Of a stretch of 41,416 nucleotides of DNA, positions 26,235-39,285 are shown piece after piece. Both the position numbers and the translations under genes were made by a program. Source of the DNA: Macrostomum lignano (Eukaryota); the NCBI GenBank assembly GCA_002269645.1, contig NIVC01004580.1, positions 1 to 41,416 of the forward strand. The letters are read 5' to 3'. Position 1 is the stretch's first letter. Every line of letters begins with the position of its first letter. The notes below the pieces were generated by a model that did not search any database, was not told the origin of the DNA, and saw only the letters and a program-made list of their open reading frames with translations.

Positions 26235-29200
26235 CACAGCAATGTCAGCATCTGAATCACAGCAATGTCAGCATCTGAATCACAGCAATGTCAGCATCTG
26301 CATCACAGCAATGTCAGCATCTGAATCACAGCAATGTCAGCATCTGAATCACAGCAATGTCAGCATCTGAATCACAGCAATGTCAGCATCTGAATCACAG
26401 CAATGTCAGCATCTGAATCACAGCAATGTCAGCATCTGAATCACAGCAATGTCAGCATCTGAATCACAGCAATGTCAGCATCTGAATCACAGCAATGTCA
26501 GCATCTGCATCACAGCAATGTCAGCATCTGCATCACAGCAATGTCAGCATCTGAATCACAGCAATGTCAGCATCTGAATCACAGCAATGTCAGCATCTGA
26601 ATCACAGCAATGTCAGCATCTGAATCACAGCAATGTCAGCATCTGCATCACAGCAATATGTCAGCATCTGAATCACAGCAATGTCAGCATCTGAATCACA
26701 GCAATGTCAGCATCTGAATCACAGCAATGTCAGCATCTGAATCACAGCAATGTCAGCATCTGAATCACAGCAATGTCAGCATCTGAATCACAGCAATGTC
26801 AGCATCTGAATCACAGCAATGTCAGCATCTGAATCACAGCAATGTCAGCATCTGAATCACAGCAATGTCAGCATCTGAATCACAGCAATGTCAGCATCTG
26901 AATCACAGCAATGTCAGCATCTGCATCACAGCAATGTCAGCATCTGAATCACAGCAATGTCAGCATCTGAATCACAGCAATATGTCAGCATCTGAATCAC
27001 AGCAATGTCAGCATCTGCATCACAGCAATGTCAGCATCTGAATCACAGCAATGTCAGCATCTGAATCACAGCAATGTCAGCATCTGCATCACAGCAATAT
27101 GTCAGCATCTGCATCACAGCAATGTCAGCATCTGAATCACAGCAATGTCAGCATCTGAATCACAGCAATGTCAGCATCTGAATCACAGCAATGTCAGCAT
27201 CTGAATCACAGCAATGTCAGCATCTGAATCACAGCAATGTCAGCATCTGCATCACAGCAATGTCAGCATCTGAATCACAGCAATGTCAGCATCTGAATCA
27301 CAACAATGTCAGCATCTGAATCACAGCAATGTCAGCATCTGAATCACAGCAATGTCAGCATCTGCATCACAGCAATGTCAGCATCTGAATCACAGCAATG
27401 TCAGCATCTGCATCACAGCAATGTCAGCATCTGAATCACAGCAATGTCAGCATCTGAATCACAGCAATGTCAGCATCTGAATCACAGCAATGTCAGCATC
27501 TGCATCACAGCAATATGTCAGCATCTGAATCACAGCAATGTCAGCATCTGAATCACAGCAATGTCAGCATCTGCATCACAGCAATGTCAGCATCTGAATC
27601 ACAGCAATGTCAGCATCTGAATCACAGCAATGTCAGCATCTGAATCACAGCAATGTCAGCATCTGAATCACAGCAATGTCAGCATCTGAATCACAGCAAT
27701 GTCAGCATCTGAATCACAGCAATGTCAGCATCTGAATCACAGCAATGTCAGCATCTGAATCACAGCAATGTCAGCATCTGAATCACAGCAATGTCAGCAT
27801 CTGAATCACAGCAATGTCAGCATCTGAATCACAGCAATGTCAGCATCTGAATCACAGCAATGTCAGCATCTGAATCACAGCAATGTCAGCATCTGAATCA
27901 CAGCAATGTCAGCATCTGAATCACAGCAATGTCAGCATCTGCATCACAGCAATGTCAGCATCTGAATCACAGCAAATGTCAGCATCTGAATCACAGCAAT
28001 GTCAGCATCTGCAACACTGCAATGTCAGCATCTGCACCACAGCAATGTCAGCATCTGAATCACAGCAAATGTCAGCATCTGAATCACAGCAATGTCAGCA
28101 TCTGCAACACTGCAATGTCAGCATCTGCACCACAGCAATGTCAGCATCTGAATCACAGCAATGTCAGCATCTGCATCACAGCAATGTCAGCATCTGAATC
28201 ACAGCAATGTCAGCATCTGAATCACAGCAATGTCAGCATCTGAATCACAGCAATGTCAGCATCTGCATCACAGCAATGTCAGCATCTGAATCACAGCAAT
28301 GTCAGCATCTGCATCACAACAATGTCAGCATCTGAATCACAGCAATGTCAGCATCTGCACCACAGCAATTTCAGCATCTGCATGCAACACTGCAATGTCA
28401 GCATCTGCACCACAGCAATGTCAGCATCTGAATCACAGCAAATGTCAGCATCTGAATCACAGCAATGTCAGCATCTGCAACACTGCAATGTCAGCATCTG
28501 CACCACAGCAATGTCAGCATCTGAATCACAGCAATGTCAGCATCTGAATCACAGCAATGTCAGCATCTGAATCACAGCAATGTCAGCATCTGAATCACAG
28601 CAATGTCAGCATCTGCATCACAGCAATGTCAGCATCTGAATCACAGCAATGTCAGCATCTGAATCACAGCAATGTCAGCATCTGCATCACAGCAATGTCA
28701 GCATCTGAATCACAGCAATGTCAGCATCTGCATCACAGCAAATGTCAGCATCTGAATCACAGCAATGTCAGCATCTGCATCACAGCAATGTCAGCATCTG
28801 CATCACAGCAAATGTCAGCATCTGAATCACAGCAATGTCAGCATCTGCAACACTGCAATGTCAGCATCTGCACCACAGCAATGTCAGCATCTGAATCACA
28901 GCAATGTCAGCATCTGAATCACAGCAATATGTCAGCATCTGAATCACAGCAATGTCAGCATCTGAATCACAGCAATGTCAGCATCTGAATCACAGCAATG
29001 TCAGCATCTGAATCACAGCAATGTCAGCATCTGAATCACAGCAATGTCAGCATCTGAATCACAGCAATGTCAGCATCTGCATCACAGCAATGTCAGCATC
29101 TGAATCACAGCAATGTCAGCATCTGAATCACAGCAATATGTCAGCATCTGAATCACAGCAATGTCAGCATCTGAATCACAGCAATGTCAGCATCTGAATC

Positions 29201-30381
29201 ACAGCAATGTCAGCATCTGAATCACAGCAATGTCAGCATCTGAATCACAGCAATGTCAGCATCTGCATCACAGCAATGTCAGCATCTGAATCACAGCAAT
29301 GTCAGCATCTGAATCACAGCAATATGTCAGCATCTGAATCACAGCAATGTCAGCATCTGCATCACAGCAATGTCAGCATCTGAATCACAGCAATGTCAGC
29401 ATCTGAATCACAGCAATGTCAGCATCTGAATCACAGCAATGTCAGCATCTGCATCACAGCAATGTCAGCATCTGAATCACAGCAATGTCAGCATCTGAAT
29501 CACAGCAATATGTCAGCATCTGAATCACAGCAATGTCAGCATCTGCATCACAGCAATGTCAGCATCTGCATCACAGCAATGTCAGCATCTGAATCACAGC
29601 AATGTCAGCATCTGAATCACAACAATGTCAGCATCTGAATCACAGCAATGTCAGCATCTGAATCACAGCAATGTCAGCATCTGAATCACAGCAATGTCAG
29701 CATCTGAATCACAACAATGTCAGCATCTGAATCACAGCAATGTCAGCATCTGAATCACAGCAATGTCAGCATCTGAATCACAGCAATGTCAGCATCTGAA
29801 TCACAGCAATGTCAGCATCTGAATCACAGCAATGTCAGCATCTGAATCACAACAATGTCAGCATCTGAATCACAACAATGTCAGCATCTGAATCACAGCA
29901 ATGTCAGCATCTGAATCACAGCAATGTCAGCATCTGAATCACAGCAATGTCAGCATCTGAATCACAGCAATGTCAGCATCTGAATCACAACAATGTCAGC
30001 ATCTGAATCACAGCAATGTCAGCATCTGAATCACAGCAATGTCAGCATCTGAATCACAGCAATGTCAGCATCTGAATCACAGCAATGTCAGCATCTGAAT
30101 CACAGCAATGTCAGCATCTGAATCACAGCAATGTCAGCATCTGAATCACAGCAATGTCAGCATCTGAATCACAGCAATGTCAGCATCTGAATCACAGCAA
30201 TGTCAGCATCTGAATCACAGCAATGTCAGCATCTGCATCACAGCAATGTCAGCATCTGAATCACAGCAATGTCAGCATCTGAATCACAGCAATGTCAGCA
30301 TCTGCATCACAGCAATGTCAGCATCTGCATCACAGCAATGTCAGCATCTGAATCACAGCAATGTCAGCATCTGAATCACAA
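26235..30381. repeat. 23-bp satellite (CACAGCAATGTCAGCATCTGAAT), about 180 copies, 4.1 kb
   Basis: A highly homogeneous unit with a few recurrent variants (CTGCATC, AATATGTC, CAAATGTC, CTGCAACACTGC). Confidence 0.98.
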
Positions 30382-33356
30382 CGGTTGTAAAGCTATATGC
30401 AAATACATGTAGTTATTATTTATATAACTCACCAAAAAAGGTAAATTAAAAGTTGTTTTGTTCACTAATTCCAATTTGTAGAGAACTGATCGACTAATTA
30501 TGGCAGCTATAGTATATGCAGACAATATAGAACTGGTGTTTAGCTATATAGAGATCTGCGTGTGCACTGCGTGGAAAGTTATAAGGTTGCGAGACTCTTA
30601 TCAGGCTTTGACACTTCATGCAACTTTTCAGCGCTGTCTGAAATGCAAGAGAGAGAGTACGCCTTTGTCCATTAGCCAGAGAAACGGCTAGAGCATACAA
30701 TATATACACCATATTGGCCGTGCAGTGCACAATGCGCGACCGTACAGCGTACATGTAACTGCGCGCGGGCACGCTGTATGCAATGATTTGGACATGACTC
30801 GTCCATGTGTCTGTCTTCTTGCCTGTCTGTCAGCATGTATTTCGAAGAAATCATACTTCGCAAATGTACATGGAATTAGATAGCGAGCATTTTTTATTTT
30901 GTTGGTCTTATAATAAGCAGCCTAGAATGCTTAAGTGTAAAGGAATTAGATTCTCTTGAGAACGAAAGCATGCAATGCAGTTTTTTTACTCCGGAGCAAC
31001 TTGACCTGTGAAGAATTCATTTGACCTGCTGAAGATGACTCACATTAAATGTACTGGCGCACTGCTATAAAAATTATTACCTTAGACATTTCCATATAAC
31101 CCAGCCTTCTGGCCATGCACATGCAATAAATATATAACTTTATATGGGGGGATGCTCAAAATTTATCTGTGGCGTAGCCAGGAGGGGTGGTAGAGCTCCG
31201 AACTATAATCTAATGATGATTCTCTAACTTTCTTACCATTTTTTGTCTCGATATCTTAAGGACGTATACATAAGTGTATTACTTAGCGACTATAGGTACA
31301 CTCTGTCATCTCTGAAGCAAGGGCTACTGCCAAGTTGTACATTTCTAAATTTAACTGACATGTGTAAATTTATATACTACTTCCAACGCATTACAACTAT
31401 GAGAAAAACAAGTATCATTAAATGATTTTACGGCATTATCAAAATTATTATAAATAGTGGTATAGCGTTATTTTATCAAGCGTGCATACTTTCCACAATT
31501 TGATTTGCCAATTTCTTAGAAGTCGACAGTGATCGATGTAGATATTGTAGATTGTAGAAAATCTGCGGATTCGATTCGAATGCTGTACTACTGATGGGTC
31601 TTGTCTCGTGGTTTGGTTGCTTGGAATTCTCACTTAACGGCTAACGCAATAACTACCGGAATAGAAAAATATAGTACATTTAATACTGGCTAGAACAAAA
31701 AAATGTTAATCATTTTACACAATTAGTTAGCCTTCACAACACAAACGACAAGCTGGCAGCTGCAATCTGCATGTGTCTGTGTCTGGTCTGTCAGAATCGC
31801 CACCTCCATAAATTGACTAGGCCTAATTGAAGCAACTGCCATTTTCACAGATTTACTCTGTATCGTGTATTGGCCCCTAGGGCCTAGCACCTGTCTTTGT
31901 TTTTTCAATGTCAATTTCAGCAACAACAACAAGTTATGCCCCAGAGTCAGCGGTGGGCGTCACAGAGCGTGGGTGCGCCTCAGAGTGCGGGAGCGAAGGA
32001 AAGCCGGGCCATTGGCTTGGTCGGGGGCGCCAGCGTTGGCCAGCATCTTGAAAATCAATTTCAAGATTTACAAATATAAATAAGCATTTAAACTCTCATT
32101 TCAAGCTAGTAAAATTTAGGGCTATTCTTGTAAATTCTGCCTATAACATAGAGTCTGTTTAAAATTATCGATTTGGTTATAATTGAATTAGGCCAGAATT
32201 TATTTGAATTTACTCAGCTAAGTCAGCTTTATGCAATTTCATAGCATGCCTATTAGTCTATGTTTATTTTTTTATGTTAGTAGATTAAACTTACATTTAC
32301 AACTTCCTTGGCATCTTTTGAATGTTGCAAAGTCAATTATTGATATTGTCATTATTTGTTGCTTATGTTCTAGAATTTGTTTAAGTAAGCATTGATTAGA
32401 CTTTGAAAATTGAATAATTTGCTTTAGATAATTTTTTAGATAATTTAGGTATATTGGAGGGTTGATTTAGATTGCGCAATCATTTTGTTAACTTTAACTA
32501 AGACTAGTACTGACTGACAGAGAAATCAATTGCGCAATCAGTTGATTCAATTAGTTCAATTTTTTCTTATTGGCAGCCTTTTAACACATAGCTCTAACCC
32601 TAACCCTAGCCACTGAATCCTGGGAGTTGCACTTTATTTGATGGAGAAAATTTTGATTGAGTCCAGTTTCACAAAGAGGATTTCGATGGTTTTTAGTTTC
32701 ACAGAGAGGGTTTCTATTTTGTGGGAAGGATTTTGATAGATTTAGAGAAAAGTGGGATAATGGAATTTGGGTCATGCAATTTAGCTGATAGAGTTCAAGC
32801 AATGGAATTTCTGGTGATAGGAGTTCTTTATCTTTCTCTTCCAATGAAGGAGTTGGCCTCATATATTATAATCCCATATATTTTAGTGATTTAGGTCCTA
32901 CATGTACTTGTACATATAAATTTATACTAATACTATATATATTAGTTGAAGTCTATTCAGTTTTGAATATCTTGAATCAATGTTTTTATATTTGGATTTT
33001 GGCATTTTGGATGAACATGCCTTTTGGATATTTTAGATATACTCTATGCTTCCCTAGAGTCATTCTAAAATTTGCCTAGATTCACTTGCATTGCCCCATA
33101 GTTGTTTTAAAGTTATAGACAATAACTAGCCATTTAGGGTCTTAAAAATGACACCAAATTGCCATGAATCAAAACTTTCATCAGCCAAAAAAGTTTCCTT
33201 CATCAACCCAAAACATTTTCTCAATCAGCAAATAGTGTTTATCCTTTCAAGCACAAACTCTTAGTGTATATTATCACTGGCTGGGGCATATTCTGGTTTA
33301 TAGCAGGAGCTCACAGTCTTAGACCCCTCTTTATTAGCCTAACTCAAAGAATCCCC

Positions 33357-33662
33357 TAGAAAGCAAGCATCCCCCAGACAGCAAGCATTCCTCAGATAGC
33401 AAGCATCCCTCAGACAACAAGCATTCCTCAGACAGCAAGCATCCCCCAGACAGCAAGCATTCCTCAGACAGCAAGCGTCCCCTAGACAGCAAGCATCCCC
33501 AGACAGCAAGCATCCCTAGACAGCAAGCATCCCCCAGACAGCAAGCATCCTCCAGACAGCAAGCATCTCCCAGACAGCAAGCATCCCCAGACAGCAAGCA
33601 TCCCCAAACAGCAAGCATCCCCCAGAAAGCAAGCATCCTCTAGATAGCAAGCATTCCCCAAA
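33357..33662. repeat. 17-18-bp minisatellite (CAGACAGCAAGCATCCCC), about 17 copies
   Basis: GCAAGCAT occurs at 33363, 33381 and 33399 and continues through the array. Confidence 0.92.
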
Positions 33663-34637
33663 CAGCACGCAGCCGCTGAGCATTTTTCTATCCCTTGCAT
33701 ATACTATATAGTGGCGCCAGTCAGCAAGCATCCAACATTGTAGCAAGTACCCGAGACCCGAAGCACACACCGACAGACCATTTTTAGCATTAGCCATATA
33801 TGCTTTAGCACTGCAGTCAAATACATAGCAGTGATATACACAGTGAGTGATATATAGCAGTGAGGCCTATACACAGTTGCACAATACTTCAATACTTTTA
33901 AAGTGCACTGGCTGATATCTCTCCCTTATGCCAAAAAGCATGTTTTTAATATGTGTATTTAATTATTTATAGCTTGTAGCATTAGCTCAAGAAGTTGAAA
34001 AGTAGTCTATGGCCATAGACATATCGAGATCTCACTGCGAGAAAAATACAATAATTTGATAGGGAAAATACAGTTTTTCAAGTATTTAACCATCTCCCAT
34101 TCAAATTTTACAATGCAATTATACCCACACAATCTCACAAGAATTTGCAATTGAATAAAGCAAGTTTAAAAAAAATTGGTTTAGGCATTCAGGCTGTAGA
34201 CTGGAATACCAGTCAAACAAACAAACAAACAAACAAACCTAAGAGATTTAGTATATTGAAATACCACAAATTGACTCTTAGGTTAGTTTAATGACTTTTA
34301 TGACTTATATACTATGATATCTCATTATTTTAGGTAAATTTAGTTATTTAAAGTCATTTGTTATCCATGTTACATACAAAAATTCTGGGAAATATAAATG
34401 ACTCAGGGATACTATTTATGCTAGACTCTGGTTTTTATGCCAAGACATATGACATGCTGATTCAAGATAGACTTACAGTACACTAGAGATTTCTAATATA
34501 AACTACATAGAATGACAATAGTATAAAGTTGATATTATACATTAGTATATTAATTTATGTCTATTAAGTCTATAGTTTATATCTATTTTATTTTAAAATT
34601 TATATTTACATATTTCTGACCAACCATTTTTTGAACA

Positions 34638-34753
34638 ATGAGCAACTTTTCTCATCAGCTACATTCTTCATATGGCCATCCTGTACTGAGACATTGGGCA
34701 GCAAACATCAATGCCTTCTCTACTTACACCTTTGTCTATCCTGTGTTTATCAG
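34638..34753 (+). CDS. ALAD: Delta-aminolevulinic acid dehydratase (porphobilinogen synthase), coding exon 1
   Basis: MSNFSHQLHSSYGHPVLRHW...FVYPVFI resembles metazoan ALAD LHSGYFHPLLRAW..LIYPIFV. Donor AG|GTAAAT is phase 2. Confidence 0.88.
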
Positions 34754-34922
34754 GTAAATCTAGTGCCTACATTTTAGGTTTAAAATTACTATAACTTCCA
34801 AAGACCATAGGCTAGAATTGAGAGGCATAAAGTGTCCCCAGATTGAGTTAACTATTCTATTCAGCTAAGTACTGCTTTGTGCCCTTATAGTGAATAAAAA
34901 GGATCCCATACCCCATATCCAG

Positions 34923-35073
34923 TGACAACCCGGATGCCAATGAGGAGATTGCTAGCCTGCCAGGCCAACGTCGCATTGGCACACAACACCTGCTGGAGTA
35001 CCTGGCGCCAGCAATTGCAGCGGGGCTCAAATCTGTGCTGCTATTCGGTGTCCTGAGTGGCTCGGAGAAAAAG
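34923..35073 (+). CDS. ALAD: ALAD coding exon 2
   Basis: Reads (S)DNPDANEEIASLPGQRRIG...GLKSVLLFGV. Acceptor is TCCAG|T and donor is AAG|GTGACT. Phases are 2 and 0. Confidence 0.9.
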
Positions 35074-35131
35074 GTGACTTAAAAATTTACAATTCTACTA
35101 TTAGGTAGTAAGAAGGATGGAGAGATGTTGG

Positions 35132-35844
35132 CATAGGCGTAGGAACGTTTCAAATAGTGGGGGGGGGGCAGGTTCAGTGACGGATTTAGGGGGCGGGGGC
35201 GCACGCCCCCGTCGAGTTAGATTTTTTTGTATTGAAAATGCACATTATCATGTACCGATTATTTTCAGAATCCATCTTCTCAGCACTCATTTTATAAAGC
35301 ACCGCAGGCACTCATTTTGGCGCCGTAGGCACTCATTTTGGCGCCGCAGGCACTCATTTTAGCGCCGCAGGCACTCATTTTAGCGCCGCAGGCACTCATT
35401 TTAGCGCCGCAGGCACTCATTTAAGCGCCGCAGGCACTCATTTTGGCGCCGCAGGCGCTCATTTTGGCGCCGCAGGTGCTCATTTTAGCGCCGCAGGCAC
35501 TCATTTTAGCGCCGCAGGCACTCATTTTAGCGCCGCAGGCATTCATTTTAGCGCCGCAGGCACTCATTTTAGCGCCGCAGGCATTCATTTTGGCGCCGCA
35601 GGCACTCATTTTAGCGCCGCAGGCACTCATTTAAGCGCCGCAGGCACTCATTTTGGCGCCGTAGGCGCTATGTTTTGTCGTCCTGCAGCAAAATGCATTC
35701 ATGCAAAGCATCAAAAACCAGAAATAAGCAAGAATTCTATATTTTACATTTAAAATGTGGAGGGGCCAGATACCATTACTGCCCCCCATTTTAAAAAGTG
35801 GGGGTGGGCATGGCCCCACTGGCCCCCCCGTTCCTACGCCTATG
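35132..35844. mobile_element. 713-bp non-autonomous hAT-type MITE in ALAD intron 2
   Basis: Perfect 16-bp terminal inverted repeats CATAGGCGTAGGAACG (35132-35147) and CGTTCCTACGCCTATG (35829-35844). An exact 8-bp TSD GATGTTGG is at 35124-35131 and 35845-35852. Confidence 0.9.
35303..35665. repeat. 21-bp minisatellite (GCGCCGCAGGCACTCATTTTA), about 17 copies, inside the MITE
   Basis: Directly visible. Confidence 0.95.
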
Positions 35845-36279
35845 GATGTTGGTACAGCTACACCGACAAATTCGGGGCCAGTGTAGCCTCAGTGTCCCCT
35901 GGGGTTCAATTCTGCGCAAATCCGCAAATCGGCACAGAAATCTTCCAAGCCCAAGGCACAGAGAGAGTTTACAATGTACATGCCTGACGATTAGAAAGTC
36001 AGGGCCACTGTACACCCCGTGTCAGGGGGTGTCTCTGTCTATGTATTCGTGTGCGTGCTGAGTACAGGTCAGATAGGATTAAAATTTTCCGGTATCGGGT
36101 GGCATCTTCTGGATTATTAATTTTTGCCGGGATCATACAATCTCGGGATCAGGATCAGGATCGGGATGAGGACCAATCTGGAAAGATTTTTACGAGGCTC
36201 ATGATCGGGATTGGCAATCCTTAGTTTTTTTATTTTGCTGCTTTATTTTTTCAAAATGAGGGTAGCAACACTGATTGGG

Positions 36280-36752
36280 ATTGGGATCGGGATACAGATC
36301 GGGACCAGGATCGGGAGACCAGGATCGGGATAGGGACCAAGTTCGGGACCAAGATCGGGATCGGGACCAAGATCGGGATCGGGATCGGGATCGGGATCAG
36401 GATCGGGATCAGGATCGGGATCAGGATTGGGAGACGAAGATCGGGATCAGGACCAGGATCAGGAGCAGGATCGGGACCAGGATCAGGATCAGGATCGGGA
36501 GAGCAGGATCGGGATCAGGATCGGGATCAGGATTGGGAGACGAAGATCGGGATCAGGACCAGGATCAGGAGCAGGATCGGGACCAGGATCAGGATCAGGA
36601 TCGGGAGAGCAGGATCGGGAGAGCAGGATCGGGATCGGGAGACCAGGATTGGGATCGGGATCGGGATCGGGAGACCAGGATTGGGATCGGGATCGGGATG
36701 GTAACCAGGATCGAGATCAGAACCGGGATCGGGACTAGGACCAGGATCGGGA
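36280..36752. repeat. Degenerate 6-bp repeat (GGATCG/GGATCA/GGACCA) with an internal ~106-bp duplication
   Basis: Hexamer periodicity. TCAGGATTGGGAGACGAAGA occurs at 36421 and 36527. Confidence 0.9.
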
Positions 36753-37642
36753 TATCAATAGTGCTCAGGGCTCAGCGGAATGGGCAATAACTGCTTGTCT
36801 CCGTGATGCCTTCGGGTCGACTGATTTGCGACACTGCCTAAAAGTCTCCTAACTTATTCAAAGACACTTAAGAACTGTTTTTCAGGTTTGAAAAATTTAC
36901 TATCACTTTTAGGTATCTTGGAAAAGCTCAAAATATTAGATTTTTACTACTAAAACATAGAAAATGGGACTTTTTACTTAATCCGAGTGAATTGTTCAAT
37001 ACGGTCGTATCCCAATTGTCACGAAAGCTAGTGGCTTAAATCTTGTTGTCAACTACAGCTAATTTATTGCTAATATAGATTTATTTGCAATGCTATTATA
37101 GAATTTATTGATTATTCCATCGATATCTGTTCGTTTTAAGTCTTAGCTATTCACTGATAATAAAGTTTTAGTCTTAAGTAGTGTTAAAACAACGATAAGT
37201 TAGAGTGATATTACTGACAAGTAGTAAAGGGAGGTATTTGCAGTCAAAGCTCTTCCCTCGATGATTTATCACTTACCGAAACTTTTAAAGAGTTTTTATT
37301 TTGTAACACTTCAAGTCGGCATGCGAGTCTAGACATTTTTTGAGGAAGGCAAGACAACGCCTTTGGCGACATCGTCCCACAACCACTGCTGACGGGAGTT
37401 CTGTCCATTCCCGCTGACTTCTGAGCACACAACCCGCGCCAATACTGTAGGCAGGCACGCACTCATGCACACGCTCACGCAGGGTGTACAGCGGCCCTGC
37501 CATTCTAATCGTCAAGTGGCGCACGCGATTCAGACACGTTTAACCACTGGGCTGCTCTGCCCTGGTGTCAATGACTCAATACTAATATCTGTACTATTAG
37601 CATGCTACTTTGAAAATCCCACACCGTCACGCCATCGCCAAG

Positions 37643-38007
37643 GACTCGATCGGTTCTCTGGCTAGCCAGCCTGGCAACCCGATCCCGCCAGCCATCGAGC
37701 TGTTGCGTCAGGCGCATCCCAACTTGTTAATCGCTTGCGACGTTTGCCTGTGCGCCTACACTAGCCACGGCCACTGCGGCGTGCTCGACTCCGACGGTCG
37801 AATCGACAGCGCGTTTAGCGCTCGACGAATCGCCGATTCAGCGATTTACTACGCCAAAGCCGGTGCGCACGTTGTTGCTCCATCGGACATGATGGACGGC
37901 CGAGTGCGGGAGATCAAAGAGGCGCTGCAGGACAGAAGCCTGTTAGACAGAGTGGCTGTGCTGAGCTACGCCTGCAAATTCGCGTCCGCCTTCTATGGAC
38001 CGTTTAG
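37643..38007 (+). CDS. ALAD: ALAD coding exon 3 (Zn-binding cysteines and first Schiff-base lysine); 5' boundary is 37643 or 37601
   Basis: Reads ACDVCLCAYTSHGHCG, VVAPSDMMDGRV and YACKFASAFYGPFR. Donor AG|GTTTGA at 38007/38008 is phase 2. Confidence 0.95.
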
Positions 38008-38059
38008 GTTTGATTGCTATTGAATTTTGATTTGGGGCGGACTTTGTCATTTAGCCAAG

Positions 38060-38965
38060 TTATGTGCGTGGGCGGCTAAGACTCTGACAATGTGTGTGCT
38101 TAGGCGGATTGTCTTTGGTCATCTTCTATGAGCATATTTGCGTGGTTGGATGTAGCTCTAGTCGTTTGTGCGTGGACGGATGCAGCTCTAATCAGTGTAT
38201 GTGCATGGGCGGATGATCTCTGGTCATGTGTGAATGCGTTTGTGGATTATCTTTGGCCATGGTGTACGCGTGGCAGTGGGCAGATGGTCTTTGGACAAGG
38301 TGTGTGCGTGGGCGGTTGATCTTTGGTCATGGTGTGTGAGTGGGCGGGTGATCTTTGGTCATGGTGTGTGCGTGGGCGGGTGATCTTTGGTCATGGTGTG
38401 TGCGTGGGGCGGATGATCTTTCTCATGGTGTGTGCGTGGGCGGGTGCTCTTTGGTCATGGTGTTTGCGTGGGCGGATGATATTTGGTCATGGTGTGTGCG
38501 TGGGCGGATGATCTTTGGTCATGGTGTGTGCGTGGGCGGATGATCTTTGGTCATGTGTGAATGCGTGGGCGGATAATCTTTGGCCATGGTGTACGCATGG
38601 CAGTGGGCAGATGGTCTTTGGACAAGGTGTGTGCGTGGGCGGGTGCTCTTTGGTCATGGTATGTGCGTGGGCGGGTACTCTTTGGTCATGGTGTGTGCGT
38701 GGGCGGATGATATTTGGTCATGATGTGTGCGTGGGCGGATGATCTTTGGCCACGGTGTGTGCGTGGGCGGGTGATCTTTGGTCATGATGTGTGCGTGGGC
38801 GGATGATCTTTGGTCATAGTGTGTGCGTGGGCGGATTATCTTTGATCATGGTGTGTGCGTGGGCGGATGATCTTTCTCATGGTGTGTGCGTGGGCGGGTG
38901 CTCTTTGGTCATGGTGTGTGCGTGGGCGGATGATCTTTGGTCATGGTGTGTGCGTGGGCGGATGA
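38060..38965. repeat. 31-32-bp minisatellite (GTGTGTGCGTGGGCGGATGATCTTTGGTCATG) filling ALAD intron 3
   Basis: TGGGCGGG occurs at 38341 and 38373. A duplicated variant block is at about 38220-38310 and 38550-38640. Confidence 0.93.
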
Positions 38966-39024
38966 TGGAATGCAGAAGTGACGCCTGAAATTTCTACAAT
39001 TCGAGTTCTTCTTGAACTTTGCAG

Positions 39025-39112
39025 GGACGCGGCTCAAAGCGCTCCGAGTTTCGGCGATCGCAGCCGCTACCAACTGCCGCCGCGGTCCGCTGCCCTCGCC
39101 ATTCGAGCCGCT
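39025..39112 (+). CDS. ALAD: ALAD coding exon 4
   Basis: Reads (R)DAAQSAPSFGDRSRYQLPP...AIRAA. Acceptor is TTGCAG|G and donor is GCT|GTAAGC. Confidence 0.93.
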
Positions 39113-39198
39113 GTAAGCGAAACTGCAATAAGAATAATATAAACACGAGTTTAATGGCAATGCAAACACTATTGAATAAATAAAATAATTGCTTCTAG

Positions 39199-39285
39199 GA
39201 AAGAGACGTTGATGAAGGCGCCGATATGTTGATGGTGAAGCCTGGCACAGCTTATTTAGACATTGTGAGCCAAGTGCATCAGAAG
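39199..39285 (+). CDS. ALAD: ALAD coding exon 5 (second Schiff-base lysine)
   Basis: Reads ERDVDEGADMLMVKPGTAYLDIV. Acceptor is TTCTAG|GAA and donor is AAG|GTGAGT. Confidence 0.94.

Noticed and set aside
26020-30374. MSASESQQCQHLNHSNVSI repeat ORFs (Cys/His-rich, superficially metal-binding)
   Set aside because: They are artefacts of the 23-bp satellite. The unit is not a multiple of 3 and stops recur regularly.
26235-30381. CRISPR-like appearance of regular repeats (also 9081-9947 and 2190-2895)
   Set aside because: The units are head to tail with no unique spacers, there are no cas genes, and the context is eukaryotic.
32581-33330. Short minus-strand ORF (93 aa) and adjacent coding-like composition
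   Set aside because: There are no recognisable motifs or convincing splice sites. It may be an old TE remnant, but this is not supportable from the sequence alone.
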